Source: Vibrio cholerae ATCC 14035 (GTDB taxonomy: Bacteria > Pseudomonadota > Gammaproteobacteria > Enterobacterales > Vibrionaceae). From it: a DNA stretch of 32,000 nt. This document shows, in pieces, positions 29,615-32,000 of the stretch; position 1 is the first letter of the stretch, and every line of letters begins with the position of its first letter. The notes beneath the pieces were generated by a model. That model had not been told where the DNA came from. It made no database searches and saw only the letters and a program-made list of their open reading frames with translations. The position numbers and the translations under genes are program-made. The stretch covers positions 180,001-212,000 of the forward strand of contig NZ_JHXR01000001.1 in NCBI RefSeq assembly GCF_000621645.1. The letters are read 5' to 3'.

Positions 29615-31020
29615 GCCTTTGGCAGCCTTGGCTTGAGCGTGACCCCAAGCAGGTTGCGCTGAGTCATGCTGGGCAAACCCTGACTTGGCAAGTATTAGAT
29701 AGCCAAGTAGCGCACTACGCTAAAGCGCTGCGTGAGCAAGGGGTTCGGTCGGGGGAAGTGGTGACGCTGGTCGGGAAAAATCATCTGCACACTGTGCTGT
29801 GGTTTTTGGCTTGTACTCAAGTGGGCGCGCTGTGCACCTTTGTCGCACCACAACCTTTAGCTCTTTTGCAGGAAAAGCTCGCCACACTCTATGCCGAGCA
29901 AAGCCCGAAGCACCTTTGGCTAGCGCCTTCTTGCGCGCTGAGTGAAGAAGAGATTGCGGAGCTTAATGCTCATCGCCTGAGTTTGCCCGATGAGCGGGAT
30001 GAATCCGTTGGTGGCGAGAAAGTCTCTAGCCAGTTTTCTTGTGAACAACTGGCGACGTTAATTTTCACCTCGGGTTCGACGGGGACACCTAAAGCGGTGA
30101 CTCACACTCATCAGCAACATTTGGCTTCGGCGCGCGGTTTACTGAACAAGTTTGCTTTTACCGAGTCAGACAGTTGGTTACTGAGCTTGCCGCTGTATCA
30201 TATTTCTGGTGTGGCCATTCTTTATCGTTGGCTTGCTGTCGGAGCGACACTCAAGATCGGCACTGGCGATCTGCAAAACGATATTGCTGGCGTCACTCAT
30301 GCTTCATTGGTGCCTACTCAGCTTAAACGTCTGTTGGACAGCAGCTCTCCATTGACGCTCAAACGTGTTCTGCTCGGCGGCAGCCATATCCCTGTTGAAC
30401 TCGCTCAAATGGCGGCAACGCGTGGTATTGATACTTGGCTCGGCTATGGCATGACCGAAGCCGCCTCCACCGTGACGGCAAAGCGGGTCGATGGACTTGC
30501 AGGTAATGGTGAGCTTTTGGATCATCGTGAGCTGCGCCTTGTTGATGGGCGGATTTTCATTGCTGGGAAGACGTTGGCACAAGGCTATTATTGGCAAGGG
30601 CAGCTAGTTCCGCTCACTAATGAGCAGGGTTGGTTTGACAGCAAAGATCTCGGTCGCTGGCAGGGCAATAACCTGTTGATTGATGGCCGAGCGGATAATC
30701 TTTTTATCTCTGGCGGTGAAAATGTTCACTGTGAAGAAATAGAAGCGGTGTTAAACCAGCACCCTCATGTGCAAGTGGCGATCGTAATACCCGTTCAAGA
30801 TAGTGAGTTTGGTGCGCGACCCGTCGCCGTGATTCGTAGTGAGGCCGAGTGGTGTCAAGCCATCGGTGATACTTGGTGCCAAGCTAAACTCGAAAAATTC
30901 AAATGGCCTATCATGTACTTTTTACTCCCCGATGCTTTGCTGGATGGGGGAATTAAAGTCTCTCGTGCGGCGGTGAAAGCGTGGTTGGCCGCCAACCAAA
31001 CGCAGTTCACTCCGCTATAA
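29590..31020 (+). CDS. menE: o-Succinylbenzoate--CoA ligase
   Basis: Adenylate-forming motifs (FTSGSTGTPKA, GYGMTE, GGIKVSR), colinear with remembered E. coli MenE. The start is either ATG 29590 (25-bp overlap with menC) or GTG 29611 (GTGA overlap with the menC stop). Confidence 0.9.
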   Translation: MALGIFPVSLWQPWLERDPKQVALSHAGQTLTWQVLDSQVAHYAKALREQGVRSGEVVTLVGKNHLHTVLWFLACTQVGALCTFVAPQPLALLQEKLATLYAEQSPKHLWLAPSCALSEEEIAELNAHRLSLPDERDESVGGEKVSSQFSCEQLATLIFTSGSTGTPKAVTHTHQQHLASARGLLNKFAFTESDSWLLSLPLYHISGVAILYRWLAVGATLKIGTGDLQNDIAGVTHASLVPTQLKRLLDSSSPLTLKRVLLGGSHIPVELAQMAATRGIDTWLGYGMTEAASTVTAKRVDGLAGNGELLDHRELRLVDGRIFIAGKTLAQGYYWQGQLVPLTNEQGWFDSKDLGRWQGNNLLIDGRADNLFISGGENVHCEEIEAVLNQHPHVQVAIVIPVQDSEFGARPVAVIRSEAEWCQAIGDTWCQAKLEKFKWPIMYFLLPDALLDGGIKVSRAAVKAWLAANQTQFTPL

Positions 31021-31048
31021 GATTAAACCTATCCGCTGCTGGTTGAGT

Positions 31049-32000
31049 TTATGGTCGCGGGCGAGTCGTCAACCGTAAGTACGCCAATCCGATCACAAGG
31101 CCAATCAGCGTCGCGCTCATTCCAAACAAGGTTGCACCAGAAAGCGTGATCACAAAAGTGAGTAGCGCAGGCTCGCGGTACTCATCGATTTTAAACGCGC
31201 TCTGCAAACACATCATCAATGTACCGAGCAGCGCTAAACCAGCGAGCATGGCTGAAATAGGTTTGGGTAGCGCGAGGAAGAGATTGACGACAAGGGCCGC
31301 AAAAATCCCTGCCAATAAATAAAATCCTCCAGCCCAAAGTACCGCACGGTAGCGTTGTGCTTTGTCTTGATCGACATCCTCATTCATACAGATGGCGGCA
31401 GAAATGGCGGCTAAGTTGACGCTAAAGCCGCCAAAAGGCGCGCTCATCAGGGTTGCCAATCCCGTGCCCACCAAAATCGGTTTGATTGGTGCGTCATACT
31501 GATAGCTTTTGAGCATCGCAATCCCCGGTAAATTTTGTGAAAGCATAGTGATGAGGTAGAGCGGCAGGGCAAGGTTAAGCATGGCGAGCCAATCAAACTC
31601 CGGCGTCACCCAGATTGGCGTGGCGATCCGCAGCGCCAGATCCGCATGCTGAAAGCTTCCCAAGGCGAGAGCACTGCCAAGACTGACCAGCAAGAGCACC
31701 AACATGGTGTATCGAGGAACAAGGTGCTTAGCCAGTAAGTAGCTAGTAAATAAAAGCGCAAAGAGTGCGGGAGTATCGGTCAGCGGGGTGAAGGCTTTGG
31801 CACAAAAGGGCAGCAAAATAGCACCAAGCATAGCCGTACCTAGAGGAACTGGGATTTTACTCAGTGCTCGTGTCAAAGGTGCGAGCATGCCCGTCAAAGT
31901 AAACAGTGCGCCAGAGAACATAAACGCGCCAATCACCACGGGTAATGAATATTGTCCCGCCGATGCCGCCAGCATGACTGCCGCAGGTGTTGACCACGCC
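31049..32000 (-). CDS. benE: BenE-family benzoate/H+ symporter-like membrane transporter (5' end beyond the right window edge)
   Basis: Highly hydrophobic multi-TM ORF with SQNLPGIAMLK and FGGFSVNLAAISAAIC blocks typical of BenE/YdcO. The frame stays open from 31975 to the window end (..AWSTPAAV-MLAAS), so the true start lies upstream of the window. Confidence 0.85.
   Translation of the reverse strand, partial: AWSTPAAVMLAASAGQYSLPVVIGAFMFSGALFTLTGMLAPLTRALSKIPVPLGTAMLGAILLPFCAKAFTPLTDTPALFALLFTSYLLAKHLVPRYTMLVLLLVSLGSALALGSFQHADLALRIATPIWVTPEFDWLAMLNLALPLYLITMLSQNLPGIAMLKSYQYDAPIKPILVGTGLATLMSAPFGGFSVNLAAISAAICMNEDVDQDKAQRYRAVLWAGGFYLLAGIFAALVVNLFLALPKPISAMLAGLALLGTLMMCLQSAFKIDEYREPALLTFVITLSGATLFGMSATLIGLVIGLAYLRLTTRPRP

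Overview
This 32-kb window reads as ordinary, densely packed core chromosome of a Vibrio-type gammaproteobacterium. From memory, and not searched, the gene order matches Vibrio cholerae chromosome 1: gapA / msrB / yeaC / ansA / sppA / fadH / purU / yoaA-tsaB / slp-like / fadD / rnd / rhombosortase / DTW / dgt-like / yfbR / alaA / menFDHBCE / benE. I call 29 protein-coding genes, two of them cut by the window edges. I see no rRNA, tRNA, CRISPR array, transposase, integrase, phage gene or obvious compositional island. Several ORF-track entries carry spurious N-terminal extensions, so I re-set those starts from remembered E. coli orthologue N-termini plus Shine-Dalgarno (SD) context. Several genes appear to use non-AUG starts: fadD GTG, menF TTG, rnd GTG or TTG, rhombosortase GTG. 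Translational coupling (ATGA or short overlaps) links yoaA-tsaB, slp-hydrolase, menF-menD, menD-menH and menC-menE. I do not find a convincing previously undescribed system here. The items most worth a second look are these. (1) The fadH control region has a near-perfect FadR palindrome and four phased TGTnA repeats laid over a predicted promoter. (2) The rnd leader has a hairpin, a U-rich run and a non-AUG start. (3) The rhombosortase and DTW genes have 5' ends that abut or overlap head to head. (4) Two HD-domain deoxynucleotide hydrolase genes sit in tandem (dgt-like and yfbR). (5) Lineage-specific small genes are inserted into the otherwise enterobacterial-like yoaA-tsaB-slp-fadD-rnd block. 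(6) purU has an A9 tract at codons 2-5 and a terminator-like hairpin in its upstream region. All protein similarity statements are by eye against remembered sequences. No BLAST, HMM, folding or PWM calculations were run.
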